Shown here piece after piece: positions 43,400 through 53,754 of a stretch of 64,000 nucleotides of DNA. The stretch's first letter is position 1; every line of letters starts with the position of its first letter. The notes under the pieces are model-generated. The model was not told the DNA's origin. It ran no database searches and worked only from the letters and a program-made list of their open reading frames with translations. The stretch is from an uncultured Actinomycetota bacterium. GTDB taxonomy: Bacteria > Actinomycetota > Actinomycetes > Mycobacteriales > Mycobacteriaceae. The stretch lies in NCBI GenBank assembly GCA_963765155.1, contig CAVXVJ010000006.1, positions 38,638-102,637 of the forward strand, written 5' to 3'. Made by a program: the position numbers and the translations under genes.

Positions 43400-43798
43400 T
43401 CAACCGGGAACGTCGCGCGGCGGTTCGTCGGCATCGGGTTGCGGCGACGACGGTGCTCGACGTTCCAGAGCGGGCCGCTCGGCTGTCGGAAACAGCGGTA
43501 TCCGCCGCGATTGGTACCGTCGTGGCTCCTCGGCGCGCCGCGGCGGGCGGTCGTTGGCGATCAGCACAGCCATCCACGGCAGCGGCACCGATATCGCAAT
43601 GATTGCAAGCGAAATGAGCCCGTTCTCCCAGATGCCATAGGCCACCGCGGCGAGGATCAGCGCGGGAACGCGCCAGAACATGAGCGTCAGGTATTTGCGT
43701 ACCCGTTCGCGATGCTGTTCCTCGAAGGGTGCCGCGGCGCGGGTGATCAGGACAGGCTGGCCGTCGTCATCGAAACTCAGCTCGGGGCCGTGTTTCAT
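43400..43798 (-). CDS. DUF3099 membrane protein (Rv2709-like)
   Basis: PVLITRA, RKYLTLMFWR, LPWMAVLIAND. Confidence 0.85.
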   Translation of the reverse strand: MKHGPELSFDDDGQPVLITRAAAPFEEQHRERVRKYLTLMFWRVPALILAAVAYGIWENGLISLAIIAISVPLPWMAVLIANDRPPRRAEEPRRYQSRRIPLFPTAERPALERRAPSSPQPDADEPPRDVPG

Positions 43799-44223
43799 CG
43801 AGGTCTCCTTCGGCTGGAAACCCTGGACTTAAGTCCAGACAATAAGCCTATCCCCGGGGGTGCCGGCGTGCTGCGGCCGGGGATGTCGGTGGTGGCGGTT
43901 ACGGTGCGGCATGTGGGCACGTCGCGCCAGAAAACCGCAAGAGCCAAGCGGTCTTCGGGTGCGAAGTCTGCAATGTCGGCTGGTGTCACGCCGACGTGAA
44001 CGATGCACGCAAAATCGCCGCCGGACGGGCGGTGACTGCACGGGGAGACTTCGCCGATGGGCGGTCTGCGAACCGTGAACCTCAACTCTCTCCTGCCGCA
44101 CATGTCGCTGGGACGGAGTTGGAATCCTCGGACGTCAGTCCGGGGAGGACGTCAAACCTCCACTGTTCCACACTCGCACCGTCTGCTGTACGGGCCGGAT
44201 TCACGGAAGGCACAATTGATGGC

Positions 44224-44460
44224 ATGCGAACCCAGACCATCGAGCGCACCGACACCGACGAACGGGTCGACGACGGCACCGACAGCGACACCCCGAAGTA
44301 CTTCCACTACGTCAAGAAGGACAAGATCGCCGAAAGCGCCGTGATGGGCAGCCACGTCGTCGCGTTGTGCGGCGAGGTGTTCCCGGTGACGCGGGCCGCC
44401 AAGCCCGGCTCGCCGGTCTGCCCGGAGTGCAAGCGAATCTACGAGAAGCTCAAGACGTAG
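44224..44460 (+). CDS. DUF3039 protein (Rv2708c-like)
   Basis: FHYVKKDKIAESAV, ALCG, PVCPECK. Confidence 0.9.
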   Translation: MRTQTIERTDTDERVDDGTDSDTPKYFHYVKKDKIAESAVMGSHVVALCGEVFPVTRAAKPGSPVCPECKRIYEKLKT

Positions 44461-45445
44461 GGGCGTCGCGCTTGGCCGTCGCGGCCGCCGGCTGCGCGGG
44501 GATCTCTCCGGTGCCGTTGAGGGACTCAGCCTTCTCCTCCAGCCACCACCGCAGGCGCCGCGCATGCGTGACGGGCGCGGGCCACTCCTCCTGAATGGCG
44601 GCGTTCAACTCGGCGCCCAGCATGACCGCGAAGCCCAAGAAGAACGCGAACAACAGAAACGCGATCGGGGTGGCCAGCGCGCCGTAGGTGTAGCCGGTGG
44701 CGGTGATCGACGTCAGGTAGACCCGCAACCCCAGCGTGGTGAGCAGGAAGACGACGGCGGCCAGCACCGAGCCGAGCAACAGCCGATGCGACGGCAACGG
44801 TCTGGGCAGCGAGACCCGGTACAGCACATTCACCACCACCACGAGGCCAACGAACAACGTCGGGTAATACCCGATGCGCAGCACGCTGTCCCAGCTGTCG
44901 GGAAGGTAATCGGCGACCTTGAGCGGGCCCAGCGCGATGAGCGGAGCCGACACGATCGCGAACACCAGCATGACCACGTACAGGCCCAGCGCGTAGAACC
45001 GCTGGCGCACCGGGTGGCGCAGCGGCGTCTGGTCGTGGGCCTCGGTGATCGAGTCGACGAACGCCGAGATTGCCGACGAACCCGCCCACAGCGAGATCAC
45101 AAAGCCCAGCGACACCACCTCGCCGCGGGCGCCCTTGACGATGTCGCGGATCGTCGGCGTGATGATTTCGTTGACGACGTTGGGGGAGAAGAAGCTGTTC
45201 GCCGTGTTGATGATCTGGCTCTCGATCGTCGGCAGCGTCTCCGGACCGAACAGCGGGGCGATGTAGGCCAAGCTGCCCAGCATCCCCAGCAGCAGCGGCG
45301 GCAGCGACAACGCGCACCAGAACGCCGCCTGCGCCGACTCGGAAAAGATCGAGTCGTCCCAGCTCTTGGACATCGTGCGTCGCACGATGTGCCTGATGTG
45401 GTGACGCGACGGCTTCTTCGGCAACCGCTTCGGCTGGTCATCCAT
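44450..45445 (-). CDS. YihY/BrkB family membrane protein (Rv2707-like)
   Basis: SAQAAFW, TYGAL, LGAELNA. Confidence 0.88.
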   Translation of the reverse strand: MDDQPKRLPKKPSRHHIRHIVRRTMSKSWDDSIFSESAQAAFWCALSLPPLLLGMLGSLAYIAPLFGPETLPTIESQIINTANSFFSPNVVNEIITPTIRDIVKGARGEVVSLGFVISLWAGSSAISAFVDSITEAHDQTPLRHPVRQRFYALGLYVVMLVFAIVSAPLIALGPLKVADYLPDSWDSVLRIGYYPTLFVGLVVVVNVLYRVSLPRPLPSHRLLLGSVLAAVVFLLTTLGLRVYLTSITATGYTYGALATPIAFLLFAFFLGFAVMLGAELNAAIQEEWPAPVTHARRLRWWLEEKAESLNGTGEIPAQPAAATAKRDAPTS

Positions 45446-45507
45446 GACCAGTCCAGCATTCCTGACGAAGGGCGGTCCTGCCCAGCCGGGCGGATGCGTG
45501 TTGGGTG

Positions 45508-45699
45508 TTACGCCTCGACCGGGCTGACTTCGATGACGGCGGCCAGCTCGACCAGCTTGGCCTCGTGCTCGTTGGCGTGGTGCTGGCAGAACAACAGCTC
45601 GGCGCCTGACGGAAGCGTTGCGCGCACACGTGCCGCGGCGCCGCAGCGATCGCAGCGGTCAGCCCTGGTGAGTTCGGGACTGGTCAACGTTGCGTTCAT
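45508..45699 (-). CDS. Small Cys/His protein (Rv2706c-like)
   Basis: DRCDRCGAAA...LLFCQHH. Confidence 0.85.
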   Translation of the reverse strand: MNATLTSPELTRADRCDRCGAAARVRATLPSGAELLFCQHHANEHEAKLVELAAVIEVSPVEA

Positions 45700-45734
45700 G
45701 GCACCTCCATAGCTGGCGTACATCTACTGTCTCA

Positions 45735-45760
45735 GACGTTTTGAGTTCCGGCCTTGTTCC
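45735..45760 (-). promoter_or_regulatory. SigH/SigE-type promoter
   Basis: Minus strand GGAAC-17 nt-CGTC upstream of the Rv2706c-like gene. Confidence 0.55.
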
Positions 45761-45827
45761 CCAGCGGTTCACCGGTGTGTCGTGTCTCACGATTGCGCCG
45801 AGTTGCAGGCGCGGCAGGCTGGCGGTA

Positions 45828-46195
45828 TGACTCCGTACCCGCGCGTGCTGGTCCACTTGTGCAGCGCCGAGGACTGGGCGGTGGCCCAGGATCTCGGCGA
45901 GCATCGCCCCGACTCTCTGGACGCGACCGGGTTCGTGCATCTGTCGACGCCTGAGCAGGTACATCTGCCGGCCAACCGGCTCTACGCCGGCCGCACTGAT
46001 CTTGTGTTGCTGCGCATCGACACCGCACGGCTGACCGCTGAAGTCCGGTGGGAGCCCGGTGTCGCGACCGATCCCGAATCGATGGTGTTCCCCCATCTGT
46101 ACGGACCGTTGCCCGCGGCGGCTGTGATAAGCGTCACTCCCTACCGGCCGGACACGAACGGCCGGTTCGCGCCGTTGGATCAGGGCGCGACGTAG
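45828..46195 (+). CDS. DUF952 protein (Rv2705c-like)
   Basis: GFVHLST, FPHLYGPL. Confidence 0.88.
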
Positions 46196-46545
46196 GCGTC
46201 GACCTCGATCTCCACCAGCAACTCGGGGGAGATCAGCGCGGAGACCTCGACCATCGTCGTGACCGGGCGGATGTCGCCGAACACCTCGGCGTGCACGGCG
46301 CCGACCTCGCGCCACTTCGAGATGTCGGTGACAAACATCCGGGTCCGTACCACGTCGGATAGCGAAGCACCGACCTCCTGCAGCGCAACATCGATGCGCC
46401 GCAACACTTCTCGGGTCTGCGCGGAAATGTCTTCGCCGGGCGCGGTGGTGCCGGCGACCACGACCTGCGGGCCGACCCGCACCGCCCGCGAGTAACCCAC
46501 CTGGTCCTCGAAGGTCGAACCGGACGAGACGTTCATCCGTTGCAT
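46180..46545 (-). CDS. RidA/YjgF family protein (Rv2704-like)
   Basis: VGYSRAVR, DVVRTR, IRP, VEIE. Confidence 0.88.
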   Translation of the reverse strand: MQRMNVSSGSTFEDQVGYSRAVRVGPQVVVAGTTAPGEDISAQTREVLRRIDVALQEVGASLSDVVRTRMFVTDISKWREVGAVHAEVFGDIRPVTTMVEVSALISPELLVEIEVDAYVAP

Positions 46546-46628
46546 CCGGTCGACAGTAGTGCGCCTGGGAGGGAATATCCGGTGCGCGCTGCCGGTCAGA
46601 TCATTCGTACCTCGACGATAGGAGACGC

Positions 46629-47435
46629 ATGACTCGCGACATCCGCATTGCCGTTCAGATCCCACCGGGTGGAACTCCGAGCTACGCCGCGTGGCGCGAC
46701 ACCGTGCTGCGCGCCGAGGACGCCGGCGTCGACGTCCTGCTGGGCTACGACCATTTCCTCGTGCCGAACATCACCGGCATGGACGCCGATGGCCGGCCGA
46801 TTGTCGACGAAGACCATCCGCCCATGTCGAACTTCGAAAGCTGGACGGCGCTGGCGTCGTGGGCCGAGATCACCAGCCGCGCCGAGATCGGGCTGATGGT
46901 CGGTGGAGCCGGGTACCGCAATCCGGATCTGGTGGCCGACATGGCGCGCACCGTCGATCACATCAGCGGCGGCCGGTTGATTCTCGGGCTTGGCTCCGGC
47001 TGGTACAAGCCGGATTACACCGAGTACGGCTTCGAGTTCGGCACCGCGTCGTCGCGACATGAGGCGTTCGTAGAGGCCCTGCAGCGCATCGAAAAGCGGC
47101 TGCCCAAGCTGGTGCCGCCGCCGCTGCGCAAGATTCCGATCTTCATCGGCGGGGGAGGCGAGAAGAAGACGTTGCCGACGGTCGCGCGGTTCGCCGACAT
47201 CTGGCACGTCGGCGCCGACGTGGACACCTTCCGGCGCAAGAACGACATCGTGATCGACAACGCCCAACGGATCGGTCGCGACGACCGCGAGATCGAGCGT
47301 GCGGTGTCGTGGACGAACGCCGGCGACGCCGATCGATTCTCCGATGCCGGGGTGACGATGTTCGTGGTGTCTGTCCTGGCCAGCGAGGGTTATGACCTCA
47401 CCGAGGCGAAAGAGGCTCTGGCGTGGCGTGATTAG
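46629..47435 (+). CDS. LLM-class F420-dependent oxidoreductase
   Basis: YDHF, FESWT, YRNPDLVADMARTVDHISGGRLILGLGSGW. Confidence 0.88.
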   Translation: MTRDIRIAVQIPPGGTPSYAAWRDTVLRAEDAGVDVLLGYDHFLVPNITGMDADGRPIVDEDHPPMSNFESWTALASWAEITSRAEIGLMVGGAGYRNPDLVADMARTVDHISGGRLILGLGSGWYKPDYTEYGFEFGTASSRHEAFVEALQRIEKRLPKLVPPPLRKIPIFIGGGGEKKTLPTVARFADIWHVGADVDTFRRKNDIVIDNAQRIGRDDREIERAVSWTNAGDADRFSDAGVTMFVVSVLASEGYDLTEAKEALAWRD

Positions 47436-47485
47436 CCGCAGGGTTTACAGTCATGGCGATGAGTGACAACCTAGACTGACCCTTC

Positions 47486-48274
47486 GTGGGCATTCTCGTT
47501 GGTCTCGCGCCGTGGATCGTTTATTGGGTTCTTGTCGGCAACGTCCCCTTCGCGCTCTCCGCGTTGGTCGCACTGGCGGTCGCCGTGGGGGCACTGGTGA
47601 GCGGCCGGGTGACGGGTAAGGCGGTAGGCACTCTCGAAATCGGTGCTGTGGCAACGTTTTTGGTGCTGACAGTTCTCTCGTTCACCCTCAGCTCATCGTT
47701 GATGGAGCGGTGGGCGCTTCCGCTGAGCAACGCCGGGATCCTTCTGGTGGCGCTGACGGGTGTGCTGGTCGGAAGGCCGTTCGTGCGCGAGTTCGCCCAA
47801 GCGGAGCTATCCGCCGAGGTGATCAAGAGCGAGCCGTTCGGTCAGACCACCGCGCTGGTGACGTGGATCTGGGTGGGCACATTCGCCGGCATGACGGTGT
47901 CGTCGTCGATCTCATCGATTGTGGCCGCGGACGCCACGATTCGGGGCACGGGAACAGCGTTGTCGTTCGTCTGCTCTTGGGTGATTCCGTTCGTGCTGCT
48001 GGGTGCCGCGGCGATCGCGTCGCGCATCCTGCTGGATCGGATGGTGGCCGAGGCCACCAGTCCGCACACGGTCCGTCGCACCACGTTTCTGGCCTTCCGC
48101 GAACTCGAGATCGACCAGTTGTACTACCTCGCCCAGCAGAAGGCCGAACGCGAAGTCGGCGCCGGAATGGAACCGTACGACGTCAAGATCGGCAGCCAGG
48201 GGGTTCCCTTTACCGGTGACGAGTCTCGAGAGTCATGGCCCGCGACGTACAAGGTGCGCGAGCGCCGACACTGA
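47486..48274 (+). CDS. Hypothetical membrane protein
   Basis: 262 aa, about six TM segments, soluble C-terminal tail. Confidence 0.7.
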   Translation: MGILVGLAPWIVYWVLVGNVPFALSALVALAVAVGALVSGRVTGKAVGTLEIGAVATFLVLTVLSFTLSSSLMERWALPLSNAGILLVALTGVLVGRPFVREFAQAELSAEVIKSEPFGQTTALVTWIWVGTFAGMTVSSSISSIVAADATIRGTGTALSFVCSWVIPFVLLGAAAIASRILLDRMVAEATSPHTVRRTTFLAFRELEIDQLYYLAQQKAEREVGAGMEPYDVKIGSQGVPFTGDESRESWPATYKVRERRH

Positions 48275-48434
48275 GCCGCGATTGCCGAGCGTGGACCCCT
48301 GGCACGGGTCCAACGAAATCGCGTGACACAACACCATATTCGAAGGGGGTCGTGTCGGTCGGATGTCGTCGATGAACCGAAAGATAGGGAAACACCCGAT
48401 TTAAGGGTCGGGTGTGTGCCGTTAACGTCAGGCC

Positions 48435-49094
48435 ATGCCTTCCTCGAACAGCAAGAAACTAGGCGGCGGTGCAGCGGCGGTCACCGCGATCGGGCTCTTG
48501 ATCTGCCCGGCGCCGGCTCAGGCGTACCCGCCCGCGCCACTTGCGCCGAACAACTGCTCCGGGTACCAGTTTCCCGGAGGACAGGTGACCCTCCACTACC
48601 CGAATATCGGCGAGACCAAGTTCGACACCGTCCTCGGGGGTACACACGTCGACACGAAAGCCACGACCTTTTACCCCAACGGCAGCAGCATGCCGGGCAA
48701 CGTTGTCGGCAATATCAACGGCACCAAGATCCACCTGGAGGTCACCCGCAAAGGCGCCAATCGCGACTACACACCGTTGATCCTGGACGGCACTGTCGGT
48801 GGCGACAACAGGGGACACGGTGGCTACACGTTCAGAGATGGGGCCGATTCGGGAAGCTGGGACAGCCTGACCGAATTCAAATGCGTTCCCGCCCCGGCTC
48901 CGCCGCCGCCGCCGGCTGCACCTCCGCCGCCGCAGCCGGTAGCGGCCGAGCAGCCGAACCCGGCACCTCAGGAGGTCCCGGCACCTCAGGAGGCCGCGGC
49001 ACCGGCACCCGAGGAGGCCGCGGCCCCAGCGCCCGCGCCGGATGGACCCTGTATTCCAGACCCATTCGGCTTGAACTTTCCCGGAGCGTGCTGA
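48435..49094 (+). CDS. Secreted protein with Pro/Ala-rich linker
   Basis: Signal peptide ending AQA, Cys-bounded globular part, PAP repeats, C-terminal Cys pair. Confidence 0.7.
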   Translation: MPSSNSKKLGGGAAAVTAIGLLICPAPAQAYPPAPLAPNNCSGYQFPGGQVTLHYPNIGETKFDTVLGGTHVDTKATTFYPNGSSMPGNVVGNINGTKIHLEVTRKGANRDYTPLILDGTVGGDNRGHGGYTFRDGADSGSWDSLTEFKCVPAPAPPPPPAAPPPPQPVAAEQPNPAPQEVPAPQEAAAPAPEEAAAPAPAPDGPCIPDPFGLNFPGAC

Positions 49095-49121
49095 CGCACC
49101 ACTGGCGCATCAGGCGCTGAA

Positions 49122-50213
49122 TCAGGCGGGGACGGCCTCGATGATCGACACGGGGGTCACGGTCTCGACGATGCGGTTCAGTCGGAACCCGGCGCGGCTC
49201 AACAAGTTCGCATACTCCGCGCGGGTGCGTTCCCGGCCCCCGACGGTCACCAACATCTCGAGATCGAGCATGATCGAAAAGTGCGGCGAAGACCGTTGCG
49301 GCAGAACCATTTCCAGCAACACCAGCCGGCCGTGATCGGCGATCGCGGTGCGCACGTTACGGAGGATCCGGAGCGCGTCCTCGTCGTTCCAGTCGTGGAC
49401 GATGTTCTTCAGCACGTACACGTCGCCGCCGTCGGGGACCGAGTCGAAGAACGATCCTGCCTGCACCGAGCAACGGGTGTCCACGCCTGCCGCGCGCAGC
49501 ACCGGCGCGGCGTCGTCCACTACCGAGGCCTGGTCGTAGAGCAGTCCGCGGGCGTCCGGGGTGCGACGCAGGATGGTGGCCAACAGGTTCCCGTGGCCGC
49601 CACCCACGTCGACGATGAGCTTCGAGCCGCTGAAGTCGTATCCGGCCAGGGCGGCGGCGTCTGACATCTCGCTCATCGCCGTCATCGCGTTGTTGAACAC
49701 GCCTGCCAGTTCCACGTCGGATTCGAGCAGTTCGAAGAACCGCTTCCCGTGCAGCTTCTCGGTGGCGGTTTGGCCCGTGCTGACGGCATGCAGGAGGTTG
49801 CCCCAGTCCGCCCAGCGGACGGGGTGGGCAGTGAACAGGATCATGTCGCGCAGCGAGCCCTCGGTGCCCGACTGCATCGCGCGCCCGATCTTGGTGAGCG
49901 CGAAGGCACCGTCCTTGCGCTCGCGCAGCACACCCTTGCTCGCCAACGCTCGCATCAATCGGTAGGTGGCATCCGGATCGGTTCCTATCCGCCGGGCCAC
50001 GTCACTGGCCTGCCGCGGACCGGCGGCGAGCTGGTCGGCGATGCCGAGCTTTGCCGCGACATAGAGCATCTGGGTGACCCAGTGGCCGATGCCGAGATCC
50101 AACAGCGCCACGTTTCCGGGCACGAGAGACTGGATCAGTCGTTGCACGCCGTTGCGGACCGCATCGACGGCACGGATCAGCCCAACGGGTGGAACCCTCG
50201 GCCTGTCGGCCAC
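49122..50213 (-). CDS. SAM-dependent O-methyltransferase with dimerisation domain
   Basis: VDVGGGHG, GSFF, LKNIVHDW, GGRERT. Confidence 0.9.
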   Translation of the reverse strand: MADRPRVPPVGLIRAVDAVRNGVQRLIQSLVPGNVALLDLGIGHWVTQMLYVAAKLGIADQLAAGPRQASDVARRIGTDPDATYRLMRALASKGVLRERKDGAFALTKIGRAMQSGTEGSLRDMILFTAHPVRWADWGNLLHAVSTGQTATEKLHGKRFFELLESDVELAGVFNNAMTAMSEMSDAAALAGYDFSGSKLIVDVGGGHGNLLATILRRTPDARGLLYDQASVVDDAAPVLRAAGVDTRCSVQAGSFFDSVPDGGDVYVLKNIVHDWNDEDALRILRNVRTAIADHGRLVLLEMVLPQRSSPHFSIMLDLEMLVTVGGRERTRAEYANLLSRAGFRLNRIVETVTPVSIIEAVPA

Positions 50214-51754
50214 TAGTCGAGGTAGTCGCGCAGCACCTGAGAACGGCTGGGGTGCCGCAACTTTGACATCGTCTTGGACTCGATCTGGCGGATGCGCTCG
50301 CGGGTGACGCCGTACACCTGGCCGATCTCGTCGAGCGTGCGGGGCTGGCCGTCGGTGAGGCCGAACCGCAGCCGCACTACACCCGCCTCACGCTCTGACA
50401 GTGTCTCGAGCACCGACTGCAGCTGATCCTGCAGCAGCGTGAAGCTCACCGCGTCGACGGCCACCACGGCCTCGGAATCCTCGATGAAATCGCCGAGCTG
50501 GGAATCGCCCTCGTCGCCGATGGTCTGGTCCAGCGAGATGGGCTCACGCGCGTACTGCTGGATCTCCAGCACCTTCTCCGGCGTGATGTCCATTTCCTTG
50601 GCCAGCTCTTCTGGCGTGGGCTCGCGGCCCAGGTCCTGCAGCAGCTCGCGCTGGATACGGCCGAGCTTGTTGATCACCTCGACCATGTGCACGGGGATGC
50701 GGATGGTGCGTGCCTGGTCGGCCATCGCGCGGGTGATGGCCTGCCGGATCCACCAGGTGGCGTAGGTGGAGAACTTGTAGCCCTTGGTGTAGTCGAACTT
50801 CTCGACCGCGCGGATCAGACCCAGGTTGCCTTCCTGGATCAGGTCGAGGAACGCCATGCCGCGGCCGGTGTAGCGCTTGGCCAGCGACACCACCAGACGC
50901 AAGTTTGCCTCCAGCAGATGGTTTTTCGCGCGGTCGCCGTCACGGCAGATCCAGGCCATGTCGCGTCGCTGTGCGGCGGGCAGCTTCTCGCCCTTCTCGG
51001 CGAGCTCGGACATCAGCTGGGTCGCATACAACCCGGCCTCGATCCGCTTGGCCAGCTCGACCTCTTCTTCGGCGTTGAGCAGCGCGACCTTGCCGATCTG
51101 CTTGAGGTACGCGCGAACGGAGTCGGCCGATGCGGTCAGCTCGGCGTCCTTGCGGGCCTGCCGCAGTGCTTCGGATTCCTCTTCGTCCCACACGAAGTCG
51201 CCGGAGGCCTTGTCCTTCTCGGACGGCTCGGCGATCTCGTCTTCCTCGGCGACCGGCACCTCGGCGGGGGATGCGGCTACTACCGGCACGGCTTCTCCTT
51301 CGGCGGCTTCCTCGTCGGAAGCCTCGTCCTCAACGGTCTCGTCGTCGTCGACCACGAGGTCTGCCAGGTCGACGTCGACTTCCTCTACCTCGAGGACTTC
51401 GGGCTCGGCCTCGATGTCGTCGCCGGTCTCGAGCTCGTCGGTGACATCGGCGGCGGTGGTCTTCGGTTCGGGCGCGGTCGCCTTCTTCGCGCGGCTGCCG
51501 GTAGCAGACTCGTCGGCGCCCTTGGGCTTCGAAGCCCGCGACTTGGTCGCGGCGGCCTTGGCCGGCTTGTCGCTAGTGCCCTTGGCGGTGGTCTTGCTCG
51601 CGCGCTTGGCGGGCGCCGTTCCGTTCGCGGACTTCGCCGCGCCAGCCGGATTTCCGGCCTTCGCCGGGGAAGCCTTCTTGGCGGGGGCTTTGGTAGCGGT
51701 GCGCTTCACCGGCTCATCGGTTGCCGGGCGTGCCTTTGTCGCTGCCACGTACAC
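50213..51754 (-). CDS. sigA: Principal sigma factor SigA
   Basis: [28 protein letters not shown], ends LRDYLD. Confidence 0.97.
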   Translation of the reverse strand: MYVAATKARPATDEPVKRTATKAPAKKASPAKAGNPAGAAKSANGTAPAKRASKTTAKGTSDKPAKAAATKSRASKPKGADESATGSRAKKATAPEPKTTAADVTDELETGDDIEAEPEVLEVEEVDVDLADLVVDDDETVEDEASDEEAAEGEAVPVVAASPAEVPVAEEDEIAEPSEKDKASGDFVWDEEESEALRQARKDAELTASADSVRAYLKQIGKVALLNAEEEVELAKRIEAGLYATQLMSELAEKGEKLPAAQRRDMAWICRDGDRAKNHLLEANLRLVVSLAKRYTGRGMAFLDLIQEGNLGLIRAVEKFDYTKGYKFSTYATWWIRQAITRAMADQARTIRIPVHMVEVINKLGRIQRELLQDLGREPTPEELAKEMDITPEKVLEIQQYAREPISLDQTIGDEGDSQLGDFIEDSEAVVAVDAVSFTLLQDQLQSVLETLSEREAGVVRLRFGLTDGQPRTLDEIGQVYGVTRERIRQIESKTMSKLRHPSRSQVLRDYLD

Positions 51755-51955
51755 CCTTTCGGTCTTGCAGGGTTCCGATGGGCACGGTAGTGCGCCATCG
51801 AAAAGTGTCGGCTGTCGAATATTGGCGGTTGATCTCGCCGCTATCCGGGATGCGGCCGCCATCGACCATTGTAACGACAGTGTGAGGTAGAGCCGCGTTG
51901 AGCGGCAAATTTGACGGTTCGCGCGGCGAGCCGTACATCATTCCAGCCCCGGCTA

Positions 51956-52762
51956 CTACGCAGTCGCCGTGACGTCCACGTCGGCGGCCATCGCCGCGCC
52001 GACGATCCCCGCGGTGTTCTGCAGGGCGGCGGCCACCACCGGCGTGCGGTTCTTCAGCAGGGGGATCCACTTGTCGGCCTTACGGCTGATTCCGCCGCCG
52101 GCGATGAACAGGTCGGGCCAGATCGCATTCTCGACGGCTACCAGCACCTTCGTGACCTCTTCGGTCCACCGCTCGTAGCTCCAGCCCTTCTTCTCCTTGA
52201 TCGACGACGCCGCGCGGTGCTCGGCCTCCTTGCCGCCGACCTCGAGATGGCCGAACTCGGTGTTGGGTAGCAGCACGCCGTTGTGGATCACCGCAGAGCC
52301 GATTCCGGTGCCGAAGGTCAGCAGCACGATGACGCCGGTGTTGTCCGCGCCCGCGCCGAACTTCTCCTCGGCAAGACCGGCCGCGTCGGCGTCGTTGAGC
52401 ACGGTCACCGCTTGCCCGTCCAGCTGGGAGGCGATGACGTCGCGCGCGTTGACGCCGATCCAGCTCTTGTCGACGTTGGCGGCGGTGTGCACCATCCCGT
52501 CGGTCACCACGCCCGGGTAGGTGACGCCCAGCTTCTCGGTCCAGCCGAACTCGCGGACCACCGCGGCGATGGTCTTGGCCACCGCATCGGGGGTCGCAGG
52601 CTGCGGGGTGGCGAGCTTGAACCGCTCACCGATCAGCAGCCCGGTGTCCAGGTCGACGATGCCGCCCTTGACGCCGCTTCCGCCGACGTCGACACCGAAG
52701 CCGCGGCGTTCTCCGCCGCCGTTGGTGCTTGGCGCGGCAGCGGGTGATTCGGTGGCGGTCAT
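51956..52762 (-). CDS. ppgK: Polyphosphate glucokinase
   Basis: GVDVGGSGVKG, NDADAAG, TFGTGIGS, NTEFGH. Confidence 0.95.
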   Translation of the reverse strand: MTATESPAAAPSTNGGGERRGFGVDVGGSGVKGGIVDLDTGLLIGERFKLATPQPATPDAVAKTIAAVVREFGWTEKLGVTYPGVVTDGMVHTAANVDKSWIGVNARDVIASQLDGQAVTVLNDADAAGLAEEKFGAGADNTGVIVLLTFGTGIGSAVIHNGVLLPNTEFGHLEVGGKEAEHRAASSIKEKKGWSYERWTEEVTKVLVAVENAIWPDLFIAGGGISRKADKWIPLLKNRTPVVAAALQNTAGIVGAAMAADVDVTATA

Positions 52763-52879
52763 GAGCGCTCCTCGACAGGCGGGCAAAGTGCGACGCGAAC
52801 CACACCTTAGTAGCTCCAGAAACCCCATGCGGGACTGTCGCGCAACCGGTTAGGAGACTTTGTGTGCTGCGATGGATCA

Positions 52880-53719
52880 GTGACGGAAACCGAGACCGAT
52901 CTTGTCCTGTTGCGCTCGGTCGCCGAACGGCTGGCGACGGAGGCCACGGAGTTCATCTGGCGCCGCCGTGCCGAGGTATTCGGGGATCCGGCGGCGCCGG
53001 GCGCGGCACCGCAGGTGCGCGCCAAGAGCACCCCGACCGACCCCGTCACCGTCGTCGACACCGAAACCGAGCGGCTGTTGCGGGACCGGCTGGCCGAACT
53101 GCGTCCCGGCGAACACGTCCTCGGCGAGGAGGAAGGCGGATCGCCTGCGGGTGAAGGCGGGCTCACCTGGGTGCTGGACCCCATCGACGGCACGGTCAAC
53201 TTCGTCTACGGCATCGAGGCCTACGCGGTGTCGGTGGGCGTGCAGCGTGACGGCGCGTCGCTGGCCGGAGCGGTGGCCAACGTGCCCACCGGGGCGCTGT
53301 ATTCGGCCGCGTTGGGTCACGGCGCACGGCTCCGGCGCGCCGATGTCACGACGCCCCTGCGCGTCAACGACATCACGGACCTGTCAATGTCGTTGGTGGG
53401 CACGGGTTTTGCCTACGATCCGGAGCGCCGGACCCGCCAGGCCGGGGTTCTCGCCAAGATGTTGCCCGTCGTGCGCGATGTGCGCCGGATTGGCTCCTGT
53501 GCGCTCGACTTGTGCATGGTGGCCGCGGGTGCGCTCGACGCGTATTACGAAGACGGCGTACATGTCTGGGACTGGGCCGCCGGCGCGCTCATCGCAGCCG
53601 AGGCCGGAGCGACGCTGCGTCTGCCGGCCGCCGATGGAGGCGATGGGCTGCTAGTGGCCGCGGCGCCCGGCATCGCCGACGCGCTGGCCGAACAATTGCG
53701 TCGATCCGGCGCTTCCTAG
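52880..53719 (+). CDS. suhB: Inositol monophosphatase
   Basis: WVLDPIDGTVNF, WDWAAG. Confidence 0.92.
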   Translation: MTETETDLVLLRSVAERLATEATEFIWRRRAEVFGDPAAPGAAPQVRAKSTPTDPVTVVDTETERLLRDRLAELRPGEHVLGEEEGGSPAGEGGLTWVLDPIDGTVNFVYGIEAYAVSVGVQRDGASLAGAVANVPTGALYSAALGHGARLRRADVTTPLRVNDITDLSMSLVGTGFAYDPERRTRQAGVLAKMLPVVRDVRRIGSCALDLCMVAAGALDAYYEDGVHVWDWAAGALIAAEAGATLRLPAADGGDGLLVAAAPGIADALAEQLRRSGAS

Positions 53720-53754
53720 CGGCGAATCTACTTGTGTCCCAACGGGTATAGCCG

